Of a stretch of DNA of 64,000 nt, positions 51,443 through 61,334 are shown piece after piece. The DNA comes from an uncultured Candidatus Rokubacteria bacterium (GTDB lineage Bacteria > Methylomirabilota > Methylomirabilia > Rokubacteriales > DASRDR01), in NCBI GenBank assembly GCA_963708025.1, contig CAVPSB010000019.1, forward strand, positions 224,001-288,000, in the 5' to 3' direction. Each line of letters opens with the position of its first letter. The first letter of the stretch is position 1. The position numbers and the translations under genes were made by a program. The notes under the pieces are model-generated. The model was not told the origin of the DNA and did not search any database. It saw nothing but the letters and a program-made list of their open reading frames with translations.

Positions 51443-54148
51443 GTGAGCGAGCGCCGGCCCGATCCCGAGGAGTTGCTGGCGCGCGCGCGCGACGAGGAGG
51501 CGCGACGCGCCCGCGGCCGGCTCAAGGTGTTCTTCGGGGCGGCGGCCGGGGTCGGCAAGACGTACGCCATGCTCGAGGCAGCGCGCGCCCGGCGGGCCGA
51601 CGGCGTGGACGTCGTGGCTGGCTGGGTCGAGACCCACGGCCGGTCCGAGACGGCCGCCCTGCTGGATGGCCTGGAGCGGCTACCGCCGCGGCTCGCGCCG
51701 TACCGCGGGACGAACCTGCCCGAGTTCGACCTCGACGCCGCCCTCGCCCGGCGGCCCACGCTCCTGCTGGTTGACGAGCTGGCCCACACGAATGCCCCCG
51801 GCTCGCGGCACGCCAAGCGCTGGCAGGACGTGAAGGAGTTGCTGCAGGCGGGCATCGACGTCTACACCACCGTGAACGTGCAGCACCTCGAGAGCCTGAA
51901 TGACGTGGTGGCGCAGATCACCGGGGTGATCGTCCAGGAGACCATCCCCGACTCGATCCTCGAGGAGGCCGACGAGGTCGAGCTGGTCGACCTGCCCTCG
52001 GACGACCTGCTCCAGCGGCTCCGGGAGGGCAAGGTCTACCTGCCCGAGCAGGCCGGGCGCGCCGTCGAGAACTTCTTCCGGAAGGGGAACCTGACCGCGC
52101 TCCGCGAGCTGGCTCTCCGGCGGACCGCCGACCGGGTCGATGCCCAGATGCAGGACTACCGGCGCGATCACGCCATTCCCCAGACCTGGCCCGTCGCCGA
52201 GCGGATCCTCGTCTGCGTCAGCCCGAGCCCCTTCTCGGCGCGGCTGGTCCGGGCGGCGCGGCGCATGGCGAGCGGGCTCCGGGCGGAGTGGATGGCGGTG
52301 TACGTCGAGACGCCGGCGGCCCTCCGGCTGCCCCAGGCCGACCGCGACCGGGTCAACGAGACGCTGCGGCTCGCCGAGCAGCTCGGCGCCGAGACCGTGA
52401 CCCTGAGCGGCCAGCGGATCGGCGAGGAGCTGCTGCGCTACGCGCGGGCCCGCAACGTCAGCAAGATCGTCGTCGGCAAGCCCGGCGGGTCCCGTTGGCG
52501 GGAGCTCCTGTCGCGCTCCGTCGTGGACGAGCTGGTCCGGGGCAGCGGCGACGTTGACGTCTACGTGATCACCGGCGAGCGCGAGCGGGCCCCGGCGCCG
52601 TCCCGGCCCACCGTGGAGCGGGTCCCGGCGCCGGGGGCGTACGGCTGGAGCCTGGCGGCGGTGGCCCTGGCCACCGGGGTCGCCTGGCTCATGTTCCCGC
52701 ACTTCGCCCTGGCCAACCTCATCATGGTCTACCTGCTGGCGGTCGTGGTGGTCGCGATCCGGTTCGGCCGGGGCCCCTCGATCCTGGCGGCCGTGCTGAG
52801 CGTGGGGGCGTTCGACTTCTTCTTCGTCCCGCCGTACCTGACCTTCGCCGTCACGGACACCCAGTACCTGATCACCTTCGGCGTGATGCTCGCCGTGGCG
52901 ATCGCGCTCGGCACGCTCGCGGTGCGGGTCCGGCAGCAGGCGGAATCGGCGCGCCATCGGGAGCGGCGGACGGCGGCCCTCTACGCCATGAGCCGGGAGC
53001 TGGCGAGCGTCCCGGGCCTGGACGCGCTGGCCGGCATCGCCCGGCGCCACGTCGGCGAGCTGTTCGGCGGCCGGGTGGTCGTGCTCCTGCCCGACGCGTC
53101 GGGTCGGCTGGTCGAGGTGGGCGGCCCCCCGTCGTACTCGCTCGACGGGAACGAGGAGGCCGTGGGCCGGTGGGTGTACGAGCACCGCCAGATGGCAGGG
53201 CTCGGTACGGCCACGCTGCCGGGCGCCCGGGCGCTCTACCTGCCGCTCGTCGCCTCCCGCGGCGCCCTCGGCGTCCTCGGCTTCCAGCCCGCCGATCCCC
53301 GCGCGTTCACGGCGCCGGAGCCGATGCACCTGCTGGAAGCCCTGGGCGACCAGACCGCGCTCGCGCTGGAGCGCGCCAAGCTGGCCGACGAGGCCCGGCA
53401 GGCCCAGGTCCAGGTGGAGACCGAGCGGCTGCGGAACACCCTCCTGAGCTCCGTCTCGCACGACCTGCGGACGCCGCTGGCGGCGATCACGGGGGCGGCG
53501 AGCAGCCTGGTGGCGGGCGGCGAGCGCCTCGACGCCGCGACGCGTCGCGAGCTGAGCCAGAGCATCCAGGAGGAAGGGGAGCGCCTCAGCCGGCTCGTCC
53601 ACAACCTGCTCGACATGACGCGCCTGGAGGCCGGCCAGGTCGCGCTGAACCGGGAATGGCAGTCGCTCGAGGAGATCGTCGGCGCGGCGCTCGGCCGGCT
53701 CGAGACCCGGCGGGTCAGCGCCCGGCTGCCGGCCGACCTGCCGCTGATTCCGCTGGACGGCATGCTGGTCGAGCAGCTCTTCGTGAACCTGCTCGACAAC
53801 GCCCTCAAGTACACGCCGGCCGGGTCGCCCATCGAGATCGTCGCCGAGGCCGGCAGCGGCGTGGTGACGGTCGAGGTGGCGGACCGGGGCCCCGGCTTCG
53901 CGCCCGGCGACGACCAGCGCGTGTTCGAGAAGTTCTACCGCGGCCGGGAGAAGGCCGGGCGGAGCGGCGTGGGCCTCGGGCTCGCCATCTGCCGGGCGAT
54001 CGTCGAGGCCCACGGGGGCCGGATCTGGGCGGAGAACCGCCCGGGCGGCGGGGCGGTGATCCGGTTCACACTGCCCGTCCCCGGCGCACCGCCGGAGATC
54101 GCGCCGCCCGACTTCCCGCCGTCCGACCTCCCGCACGAAAGTGGCTGA
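51443..54148 (+). CDS. kdpD: Sensor histidine kinase KdpD
   Basis: [29 protein letters not shown], Usp, DUF4118 TM, GAF and SHDLRTPL. Confidence 0.97.
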   Translation: MSERRPDPEELLARARDEEARRARGRLKVFFGAAAGVGKTYAMLEAARARRADGVDVVAGWVETHGRSETAALLDGLERLPPRLAPYRGTNLPEFDLDAALARRPTLLLVDELAHTNAPGSRHAKRWQDVKELLQAGIDVYTTVNVQHLESLNDVVAQITGVIVQETIPDSILEEADEVELVDLPSDDLLQRLREGKVYLPEQAGRAVENFFRKGNLTALRELALRRTADRVDAQMQDYRRDHAIPQTWPVAERILVCVSPSPFSARLVRAARRMASGLRAEWMAVYVETPAALRLPQADRDRVNETLRLAEQLGAETVTLSGQRIGEELLRYARARNVSKIVVGKPGGSRWRELLSRSVVDELVRGSGDVDVYVITGERERAPAPSRPTVERVPAPGAYGWSLAAVALATGVAWLMFPHFALANLIMVYLLAVVVVAIRFGRGPSILAAVLSVGAFDFFFVPPYLTFAVTDTQYLITFGVMLAVAIALGTLAVRVRQQAESARHRERRTAALYAMSRELASVPGLDALAGIARRHVGELFGGRVVVLLPDASGRLVEVGGPPSYSLDGNEEAVGRWVYEHRQMAGLGTATLPGARALYLPLVASRGALGVLGFQPADPRAFTAPEPMHLLEALGDQTALALERAKLADEARQAQVQVETERLRNTLLSSVSHDLRTPLAAITGAASSLVAGGERLDAATRRELSQSIQEEGERLSRLVHNLLDMTRLEAGQVALNREWQSLEEIVGAALGRLETRRVSARLPADLPLIPLDGMLVEQLFVNLLDNALKYTPAGSPIEIVAEAGSGVVTVEVADRGPGFAPGDDQRVFEKFYRGREKAGRSGVGLGLAICRAIVEAHGGRIWAENRPGGGAVIRFTLPVPGAPPEIAPPDFPPSDLPHESG

Positions 54149-54159
54149 GATGAACGTGA

Positions 54160-54285
54160 GGGGGGCTGCGCCCCCCTCCCGGACCTCCCCCCGGAGCGGA
54201 GGCGCGGGCGAAGCCCGCGCCAGGAGTGGAACACCACGGCCGCGAGGCTTGGAGGCCGCGCGTTGCGAGAAACCAGCGAGGGGCC
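54160..54285. repeat. Repeat family F between kdpD and kdpE
   Basis: GGAGTGGAACACCACGGCCGCGAGGC...GCGAGAAACCAGCGAGG is similar to the reverse complement of 40375-40465. Confidence 0.7.
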
Positions 54286-54306
54286 GGACAACCGGCCGCC
54301 AATTCC

Positions 54307-55032
54307 TTGACGGGCGCTGAGACCGGATCCCCGAGCGCCGCCGACGGGTCCGTCGTGCTCGTCATCGAGGACGAGCCCGCCATCCTGCGCTTCCTGCGGG
54401 CGTCCCTGGTCGCGCAGGGGTTCCGGCTCGTCGAGGCGACCTCCGGGGACGAGGGGCTGAGGCAGGCGGCCACCCGGCAGCCCGACATCGTCGTGCTCGA
54501 CCTCGGGCTGCCCGACGTGGACGGGCTGGAGGTTATCCGCCGCCTGCGGGAGTGGACGGCGGTCCCCATCATCGTCCTGTCGGCGCGCGGCCAGGAGAGC
54601 GACAAGATCGCCGCGCTCGACGCTGGCGCCGACGACTACGTGAGCAAGCCCTTCGGGGTGGGGGAGCTGCTGGCGCGGATGCGGGTGGCACTCCGGCACG
54701 CCGCGCGGGGGCCGCACGACGCCGCCAACCCGGTCTTCGCCCTCGGCGAGCTGCAGGTGGACCTGGCCCGCCGGCGGGTCTCCGTGCGCGGCGCCGAGAT
54801 CCACCTCACGCCGATCGAGTACCGCCTGCTCACGACCCTCGTCCGCCACGCCGGCCGGGTCGTGACCCATCGCCAGCTCCTGCGTGAGGTCTGGGGGCAG
54901 CCCTACTCCGAGCAGACGCACTACCTGCGCGTCTTCATGGGCGCCCTCCGCCGCAAGCTGGAGGCCGACCCCGCCCGCCCCCGCTACCTCCGGACGGAGC
55001 CGGGCGTAGGCTACCGCCTCGCCGACGAGTGA
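54307..55032 (+). CDS. kdpE: Response regulator KdpE
   Basis: LDLGLPDVDG, LDAGADDYVSKPF and YLRTEPGVGYR; start uncertain (TTG 54307 chosen). Confidence 0.93.
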   Translation: MTGAETGSPSAADGSVVLVIEDEPAILRFLRASLVAQGFRLVEATSGDEGLRQAATRQPDIVVLDLGLPDVDGLEVIRRLREWTAVPIIVLSARGQESDKIAALDAGADDYVSKPFGVGELLARMRVALRHAARGPHDAANPVFALGELQVDLARRRVSVRGAEIHLTPIEYRLLTTLVRHAGRVVTHRQLLREVWGQPYSEQTHYLRVFMGALRRKLEADPARPRYLRTEPGVGYRLADE

Positions 55033-55036
55033 GGAC

Positions 55037-55195
55037 GGGGCCGATGAGCGTCGCATCGCGTCGTCGTTCGGACGGCCTTCGGCCTTTGGGGTCGTCGCCG
55101 ATCCTCGGCGTACTCGGAGTACGCCTGCGGTCGGCGACTCCCTGCGTCCGTGGAGGTCGGGGGGCGCTGCTCGCTCCTCGGCCCCGCCCGGACTT
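55037..55195 (+). repeat. Repeat family E, copy 3
   Basis: Long exact match to 30322-30393; lies between convergent kdpE and ynfA. Confidence 0.9.
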
Positions 55196-55197
55196 GG

Positions 55198-55542
55198 CTA
55201 GCGCGGGGCGTACATGATGACGAGGACGCCGATGAGGCAGATCGCCCCGCCGAGGAGGTCGTAGCGGTCGGGACCGATCCCGTCGGCCGCCCAGCCCCAG
55301 AGGAGGGCGAGCACGACGAACCACCCGCCGTAGGCCGCGTAGACGCGCCCGAAGTGGGCCGGCTGGTAGGTCGGCACGATGCCGTAGGCGAAGAGGACCA
55401 GCGCGCCCAGGAGGCCCTGCGACCAGTGGGCGCCGGCGCGCCACCAGCGCCACACGAGGTACCCGCCGCCGATCTCGCACACCCCCGCCAGCAGGAACAG
55501 CGCCGACGACGTCAGGATCCCCCCCGGGGTCAGGCCTTTCAT
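55198..55542 (-). CDS. ynfA: YnfA (UPF0060) small membrane protein
   Basis: [29 protein letters not shown] and PDRYD; the ATG lies inside the family C element. Confidence 0.9.
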   Translation of the reverse strand: MKGLTPGGILTSSALFLLAGVCEIGGGYLVWRWWRAGAHWSQGLLGALVLFAYGIVPTYQPAHFGRVYAAYGGWFVVLALLWGWAADGIGPDRYDLLGGAICLIGVLVIMYAPR

Positions 55543-55618
55543 TCTATACATTCCTGTCGAGTCGCCACCGGCCCCCGGGCCGACGGGTGAGATTGATAAG
55601 AATGAAAGGCCTGACCCC
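55526..55618. mobile_element. Family C inverted-repeat mini-element (93 bp)
   Basis: GGGGTCAGGCCTTTCATTCT ... AGAATGAAAGGCCTGACCCC. Confidence 0.85.
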
Positions 55619-55621
55619 TTC

Positions 55622-57588
55622 CTACGGCCGCGCGCGGCGGCGCGGGCGGCTACCAGGTCACGGACTTCCTGGAGCAGCGCCTCGCGGGTGTGGACCTTTC
55701 TGGAGGACCTGGTCGACGTGACCCCGGAGCCGCGCCGGTCCTCGGCGGTGAGGTCGCGGGCGGTGAGGACGACGACGGGGATGGCCCGGCCGTCGGGGGT
55801 GGCGCGCAGCTCGCGAAGGAACTCGAAGCCGTCCATGACCGGCATCATGAGGTCGAGGAGGACGAGGGCGGGGCGGCGGCGAGCGATCTCGGCGAGGGCG
55901 GCGCGACCGTGCTCGGCCTCGACGACGGCGAGGCCGTCCTTCTCCAGCGAGCGGCGGAGCATCTCCCGCATGGTGGGGTCGTCGTCGACGACGAGGACGG
56001 GGTCGGCGGAGGCGCCGGGGCGGAAGCGCTTGACGACGTCGAGCAGGCGGGCGCGATCGACGGGCTTGGTGAGGTACTCGACGGCGCCGAGGGCGAAGCC
56101 CATCTCCTTGTCGTCGAGGATGGTGACCATGACGACGGGGATGGCGGCGAGCTCGGGGTCGGCCTTGAGGGCGGTGAGGACGGCCCAGCCGTCCATGCCG
56201 GGCATCATGACGTCGAGGGTGATGGCGGCGGGGCGGAGGGCGCGGGCGAGGGCGAGGCCGTCGGGGCCGGAGGGGGCGGTGCGGACGGCGAAGCCCTCCT
56301 TGGTCAGGAAGCGCTGCATGAGGTCGAGGACGGCGGGGTCGTCGTCGATGACCAGGACGGTGGGGCCGGTGGGCGCCGGCACTGCCGTCGCGCCCGGCGC
56401 CGGCGCGGCGGCGGCGGGCGCGGCCTCGGCGGCGGCGACCTCGACCTCGGCGGGCAGGGTGATGGTGAAGGTGGAGCCCTGGCCGTGGGCGCTCTCGACG
56501 GTGACGTCGCCGCCCATCATCCGGCAGAAGTGGCGGCTGATGGCCAGACCAAGGCCGGTGCCGCCGTACTGGCGGGCGGTGGAGGTCTCGGCCTGGCTGA
56601 AGGCCTGGAAGAGCTTGCCGAGCTGCGCGGGGGTCATGCCGATGCCGGTGTCGCTGACGCGGAAGGTGAGCCAGTCGCGGCCGCCCTCGGCGTGGCGGCG
56701 GGCCTCGAGGCGGATCAGGCCGTGGTCGGTGAACTTGGCGGCGTTCGAGAGCAGGTTGAAGAGGGTCTGGCGGACCTTGGTGAGGTCGGCCCGCATCGTC
56801 CCTCCGCCGGCCGCGCCGATCAGCTCCAGGCGGTTGCCGCGCCGCTCGATCAGGGGCTGGACGGTGGCAGCCACGTCGTCGAGCACGCCGGCGACCTCGA
56901 AGGTCTCCAGGTGGAGGGTCATCTTGCCGGCCTCGACCTTGGAGAGATCGAGGACGTCGTTGATGAGGGCCAGGAGGTGCTTGGCGGCGCCGCGGATCTT
57001 GTTCAGGTCGGCGACGAAGTGGCTCACGTCGGGGGCGGGCGCGGGGGCGCCCGGCGCCGGCGCCGGGTCGGGATTCTCGAGCTCTTCCAGGAGGATCTCG
57101 CTGTAGCCGATGATGGCGTTCATCGGCGTGCGCAGCTCGTGGGACATGTTGGCCAGGAAGGCGCTCTTGGCCTGGTTGGCGGCGTCGGCGTGACCGCGGG
57201 CCTCCTCGGCTTCGGCGGCGGTGTGCTCGAGCCGCTCGTTGGAGTCGCGGAGCGCGTCCTCGGCGTGCCGGCGGGCGTTGGTGACCGAGCTGACGATGAG
57301 CGCCAGCGTCACGAAGATGAGCAGCTCCGCGACGTCGGTCAGGCCGAGGTCGAGCGTGTAGTACGGCTGGAAGAAGTAGTAGTCGGCCAGCAGCACGGCG
57401 AGGACGGTCGTCACCAGGCTCGGACCCAGGCCGCCGTACCAGGCGGTGATCACGATCGCCCCGAAAAAGAAGATGAGCGGGTCCGTGCGGAGGGCCGACC
57501 ACAGGAGCCACGTCAGCCCGAACGCGGCCCCGACGGACGCCAGCGCGACCGCGTACGCGAGGAGCGTGGAGCGGCGGGGCGCCGCCAT
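55622..57588 (-). CDS. Hybrid histidine kinase: DUF4118-HisKA-HATPase-REC-REC; C-terminus disturbed by small indels
   Basis: YAVALASV...[17 protein letters not shown]; kinase and REC domains nearly identical to 42919-45792; probable true stop is TAG 55622-55624. Confidence 0.88.
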
Positions 57589-57611
57589 GCCCGGGCCCGG
57601 GGCCGCCGCCG

Positions 57612-57893
57612 TCAGCCCACGACGGGCTGCAGCTTGCGCTGCCGGCCGATGAGGTACAGGTTGCGCGCGTACACGATCAGGCCGGCGGCCTGGCCCAGCA
57701 CGAACACCGGGTCCCGCCGGTGGATCGCGTAGGCCAGCAGGATCAGGCCGCCGACGACGCTGAAGTACCAGAAGAAGACGGGCACCACGCTCTGCCGGCG
57801 TCGCTCGGAGGCGATCCACTGGACGAGGAAGCGGGCCGAGAAGCACGCTTGCCCGAGGAAGCCGACGACGAGCCAGGCCTTCGAGGGATCCAT
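57612..57893 (-). CDS. Lipid-A-disaccharide synthase N-terminal (LAB_N) domain protein
   Basis: [20 protein letters not shown]...FWYFS...DPVFVLGQ...YARNL. Confidence 0.9.
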   Translation of the reverse strand: MDPSKAWLVVGFLGQACFSARFLVQWIASERRRQSVVPVFFWYFSVVGGLILLAYAIHRRDPVFVLGQAAGLIVYARNLYLIGRQRKLQPVVG

Positions 57894-58012
57894 GCCACTA
57901 CCTCTCGCCACGCTGTCGATCGCGCGGTCGGGCACCGCCGCTTCCGGCGCCCCCCGGGACGGTGCTAAGATTCACGCGAGCTCCCATCACTTGATCGGAG
58001 GCGACGCGATCC

Positions 58013-58246
58013 ATGGTCAAGGGCTTCATCCTTCTGCGTCTCGTGCCCGGGCTCGAGGCCGACGCGCTGAACCACATCCGGGCCGTTCCCGGCGTGTCCG
58101 ACCTCACGCTGGTCTTCGGTGGCTGGGACGCGATCGTCCAGGCCGAGGCCAAGACGCTCTCGTCCCTCACCCGGCTGGTGGTCGGGCAGATCCGCGGCAT
58201 CCAGGGGGTCCAGGCCACCGAGACCCTGGTCGCCGCCGAGCTGTAG
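58013..58246 (+). CDS. Stand-alone Lrp/AsnC ligand-binding domain protein
   Basis: MVKGFILL...VFGGWDAIVQAE...IRGIQGVQATET; GGAGG RBS. Confidence 0.88.
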   Translation: MVKGFILLRLVPGLEADALNHIRAVPGVSDLTLVFGGWDAIVQAEAKTLSSLTRLVVGQIRGIQGVQATETLVAAEL

Positions 58247-58324
58247 CCGGCTCCGTCCCGCTCCGACTCGAAGGATAGCACGGCGACGCGGACGGGCCGC
58301 TAGCCGGAGGGTTGACCGACCGCG

Positions 58325-59143
58325 ATGGCGATCGCGCGCGTGAACGGCGTGTCACTCTCCTACGAGGAGGCCGGCTCCGGCCCGCCCCTTCTCTTCATCC
58401 ACGCCTTTCCCGTCGGCCGGGGGATGTGGGAGCCCCAGCTCCGGTTCTTCGTCGAGCGCTTCCGTGTGATCACCTACGACTGCCGCGGCTTCGGCCGGTC
58501 GGAGGCCCCGACCAGCCCGACCGCCTACTCCCAGGCGCACTCGGTGGCCGACGCCCGAGGGCTGCTGGAGCACCTGCGGGCGGCGCCGGCGGCGGTGTGC
58601 GGGCTCTCCATGGGCGGGAACATCGCCCTGAACCTGGCCCTCAACCATCCGGAGGCCGTGCGGGCCCTGGTCCTGTGCGACACCGGGGCCGGGTCGGAGG
58701 ATCCGGGGAGCTTCCGTGCGCGCTGCGTCGAGTACGCGGAGGCGACCGAGCGCGGCATGGACGGATTCTTCGAGCAGCTCATGCTGTGGCCGGTCTTCGC
58801 CGACTTCGTGAAGGGCCCGCGCGAGAGCGCCCTCCTCCGGGAGATGGTGCTGGCTCAGCCGCCGCACGGCATCGGGCTGACCGCGCTCTACACGCTGGCC
58901 ACCCGGTTGCCGGTCTACGCGCTCAGGGAGCGTCTGGAGTCCCTCCGGGTTCCCACGCTCGTCGTCTACGGCGAGCGGGACGCGCCGTGCGTGGCGACGT
59001 CGAAGTTCCTGGCCGCCACGATCCCGGGCGCGCGGCTGTGGCGGGTGCCGGGGGCGAGCCACTTCGTGAACCTCGACACGGCCGATGGATTCAACGAGAC
59101 CGTCGCGGCGTTCCTCCGCGAGCACGGCGCCGACCGGAGGTAG
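58325..59143 (+). CDS. Alpha/beta fold hydrolase
   Basis: YDCRGFGRS, GLSMGG nucleophile elbow, GERD and ASHFVN. Confidence 0.92.
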   Translation: MAIARVNGVSLSYEEAGSGPPLLFIHAFPVGRGMWEPQLRFFVERFRVITYDCRGFGRSEAPTSPTAYSQAHSVADARGLLEHLRAAPAAVCGLSMGGNIALNLALNHPEAVRALVLCDTGAGSEDPGSFRARCVEYAEATERGMDGFFEQLMLWPVFADFVKGPRESALLREMVLAQPPHGIGLTALYTLATRLPVYALRERLESLRVPTLVVYGERDAPCVATSKFLAATIPGARLWRVPGASHFVNLDTADGFNETVAAFLREHGADRR

Positions 59144-59146
59144 ATC

Positions 59147-59305
59147 GTGACCATCATGCTCCGCGCGCTCGCCGCAACGCTGGCCTTCCTCCTCCCCGCG
59201 GTGGCCGCCGCCACCCCGTACGCCCTCGGCTACGCGAAGATCAAGAACTACGACGGCTCGTGGAACGAGTGGGGGAACGACCCCACGCTGCCCGCCGCCC
59301 GGTGA
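59147..59305 (+). pseudogene. Internally deleted sulfurtransferase (rhodanese) mini-ORF, 52 aa
   Basis: Signal peptide + PYA fused in frame to LGYAKIKNYDGSWNEWG, the rhodanese C-terminal signature; GGAGG RBS. Confidence 0.75.
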
Positions 59306-59374
59306 GCGTCCCGGGCCGATACCCGTCGCCGCGGGTCGTCCTCCATCCCGACCGGGACGCGCTCGGCCTGCGTC

Positions 59375-59570
59375 GATCGGACGGCCTTCGGCCTGAGGGC
59401 GTCCGTCCCGGTCTCGGGGGGCCTCGCCGGTCCTTCCAGAAGGGAGCGACGTCCCGAGGGCCGCAGGCCCGAGGCGTCGCGACCAGATGGACGTATGCGG
59501 CATACGCCTGCGGCCGGCTCGGCCCTGCGTCTTTTGGGACGGCCTTCGGCCTTGCGGACGGCCTTTGGCC
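59375..59570. repeat. Composite palindromic element sharing modules with families B and E
   Basis: GGACGGCCTTCGGCCT x2, GAGGGCCGCAGGCCCGAG and CGTATGCGGCATACGCCTGCGG. Confidence 0.65.
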
Positions 59571-59636
59571 GCGGCTCGGGTCTGGGCCCGGTACCATGCG
59601 AGGACACTCGGCCGCGTCTGACGGCAGGGTAGACCG

Positions 59637-59927
59637 GTGAGCGACCTTCCTCCCGATCCCCACGCCGCCGGCAGCGAGGCGGCCGCCGTGGAGCTGGACA
59701 TCCGGAACGAGGTGTGCCCCTACACCTTCCTCGCGGCCAAGCTCGCGCTGGAGCCATTGGCCCCTGACCGGATCCTGCGCGTAGTCGTCGGGAACGAGAC
59801 GTCCGCACGCGACGTGCCGCGCAGCCTCGCCGACGCCGGCCATGCCATCCTCGCGGTCGAGCCGGCGGGCCCGGGACTCTGGCGCATCACGGTCCGCAAG
59901 GGGAGCGATCGCCGCCGCCCCGTTTGA
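59637..59927 (+). CDS. TusA/SirA family sulfur carrier
   Basis: LDIRNEVCPYT motif; LRVVV...DVPRSL..GH. Confidence 0.88.
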   Translation: MSDLPPDPHAAGSEAAAVELDIRNEVCPYTFLAAKLALEPLAPDRILRVVVGNETSARDVPRSLADAGHAILAVEPAGPGLWRITVRKGSDRRRPV

Positions 59928-60076
59928 CCGGATCGCCTCGCGCCCTGGCCGCGTGTGCCATGTTGGCCAGGAATGGACTAGGGTCTGGCCAGCTTGACAA
60001 CGATCGCTCCGCCCCGCGAGGAGTAGGATCGGCTCAACCTCCGATCACCATTGCGGTTCTCAAGCGGGACGGATTG

Positions 60077-60092
60077 TGGCACATCCGATGCT
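60077..60092 (+). promoter_or_regulatory. sigma54 (-24/-12) promoter of the EPS operon
   Basis: TGGCAC-ATCCG-ATGCT with GG-N10-GC spacing. Confidence 0.7.
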
Positions 60093-60247
60093 ACAGTGAC
60101 AACCCGATCCATGGCGATTTCACCGTCCCGACAGGCTGGGGTATTCAGTCGGAGCCGTCCCGTCGACGTCTCCAGACCAGACCCCCGGGTCCTTTTTGTT
60201 GCGGGATTCGAACGGGCACGACGTAAGGTTTCCCGGTGGAGGGACCA

Positions 60248-61309
60248 ATGATCGCTCTCGCGTGCGGGCGCCGGATGCTCGCTGGCCTGCTCGTTCTTCT
60301 CATCGCGGCGCCCATTCCCGGCTGGAGTGCGCCGACCGGGTCTCTGGGAACGGCGCGCGGCGTCCGGGGCGTCGAGCTGTCCCTCGACGGCGGAAAGACC
60401 TGGCTGCCGCTCGGCTCCCGGTCGCTCCCGGTCCTGGAAGGGACGCAGATCCGGACGAAGACGGGGGGTGCCCTGGTTGACCTGGCGGACGGCAGCCGGT
60501 TGAACCTGCTCCCGTTCAGCAGCGCCAGCTTCCGGGAAACCGGTCCTGCTACCGAGATTTCGCTCGTCTACGGCCGTCTCAGCTTCCGCCTTCCGCCCGC
60601 GACGCGGGCCGACATCCGGAGCACCGCGGCTCGGCTGGTGCCGGTGCGAGCACAGGCGATGGCCGGCGAGGTTTTCGTTGGGGGCGACGGCACCGTTGGG
60701 CTGAGGATGACCCAGGGTAGCCTGCAGGTCGAGGAGCTGTCCGGGTCGAGGCGCACCTTGCTGGCGAGCCTCGAACCGGTTTTCCTCCCGAAGCGCCCGG
60801 TCAACTCGGGCCCCGTCTTTGCGTCCGAGGCGGCGGCCGCCATACCCCCGGCTGGTGCCAAGGGAGTCTTCAACCCGGGCGGCGAGAGTCTCGGGTATCT
60901 CCAGGGCAACCAGCTCGTAATGCACCCAGGCTTCACGGCCGACCTCACCCGGCCTTTCCCGACCAGGCTGGTCCTGGTCGCCATGGCGAAGGTCCCCGAG
61001 ACGAGCCGGGATGACGCGACCCCGCTCTTCGACGTCAACGGTGGCTACCTCGGGTACCTCGTGGGGCCGGTGTTCCACGCGCCGGCGCAGATCGCGCAGG
61101 CTCAGCTCGTTCAGGGCGGGGGCGGTGCGGGACCGGGGGGCGGGGATGGAGAGAGCCAGACCTTCCTGATCGGCGCCGGCTCAGGTCTTTTGCTTCTCGG
61201 GGGTGGCGGTATCGCCTACGGGGTGACCCAGGGTGGGAGCGGGCCGCGCCGATCCTGCATTGGTGGGTCGGGTCAGCCGGCTGCCACCCCTTTCGGGCCC
61301 TGCCGGTAG
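60248..61309 (+). CDS. Secreted FecR-like beta-rich protein with Gly-rich C-terminal membrane segment
   Basis: Signal peptide; IRTKTGGALVDLADGSRLNL...LVYGRLSF FecR-like pattern. Confidence 0.65.
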   Translation: MIALACGRRMLAGLLVLLIAAPIPGWSAPTGSLGTARGVRGVELSLDGGKTWLPLGSRSLPVLEGTQIRTKTGGALVDLADGSRLNLLPFSSASFRETGPATEISLVYGRLSFRLPPATRADIRSTAARLVPVRAQAMAGEVFVGGDGTVGLRMTQGSLQVEELSGSRRTLLASLEPVFLPKRPVNSGPVFASEAAAAIPPAGAKGVFNPGGESLGYLQGNQLVMHPGFTADLTRPFPTRLVLVAMAKVPETSRDDATPLFDVNGGYLGYLVGPVFHAPAQIAQAQLVQGGGGAGPGGGDGESQTFLIGAGSGLLLLGGGGIAYGVTQGGSGPRRSCIGGSGQPAATPFGPCR

Positions 61310-61334
61310 CGCCCCTCGAACATCTCGACGCTTC

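Noticed and set aside
55198-57846. 882-aa ORF as one genuine protein
   Set aside because: Its N-terminus is a shadow of the LAB_N gene, and its C-terminus crosses a repeat into ynfA after visible indels. It is treated as kinase plus ynfA.
60150-60200. Possible riboswitch or terminator in the EPS leader (short hairpin + T-run)
   Set aside because: The stem is very short and I recognise no aptamer consensus.
59924-60226. 100-aa ORF between tusA and the EPS operon
   Set aside because: Non-coding-like composition; it overlaps the sigma54 promoter region.
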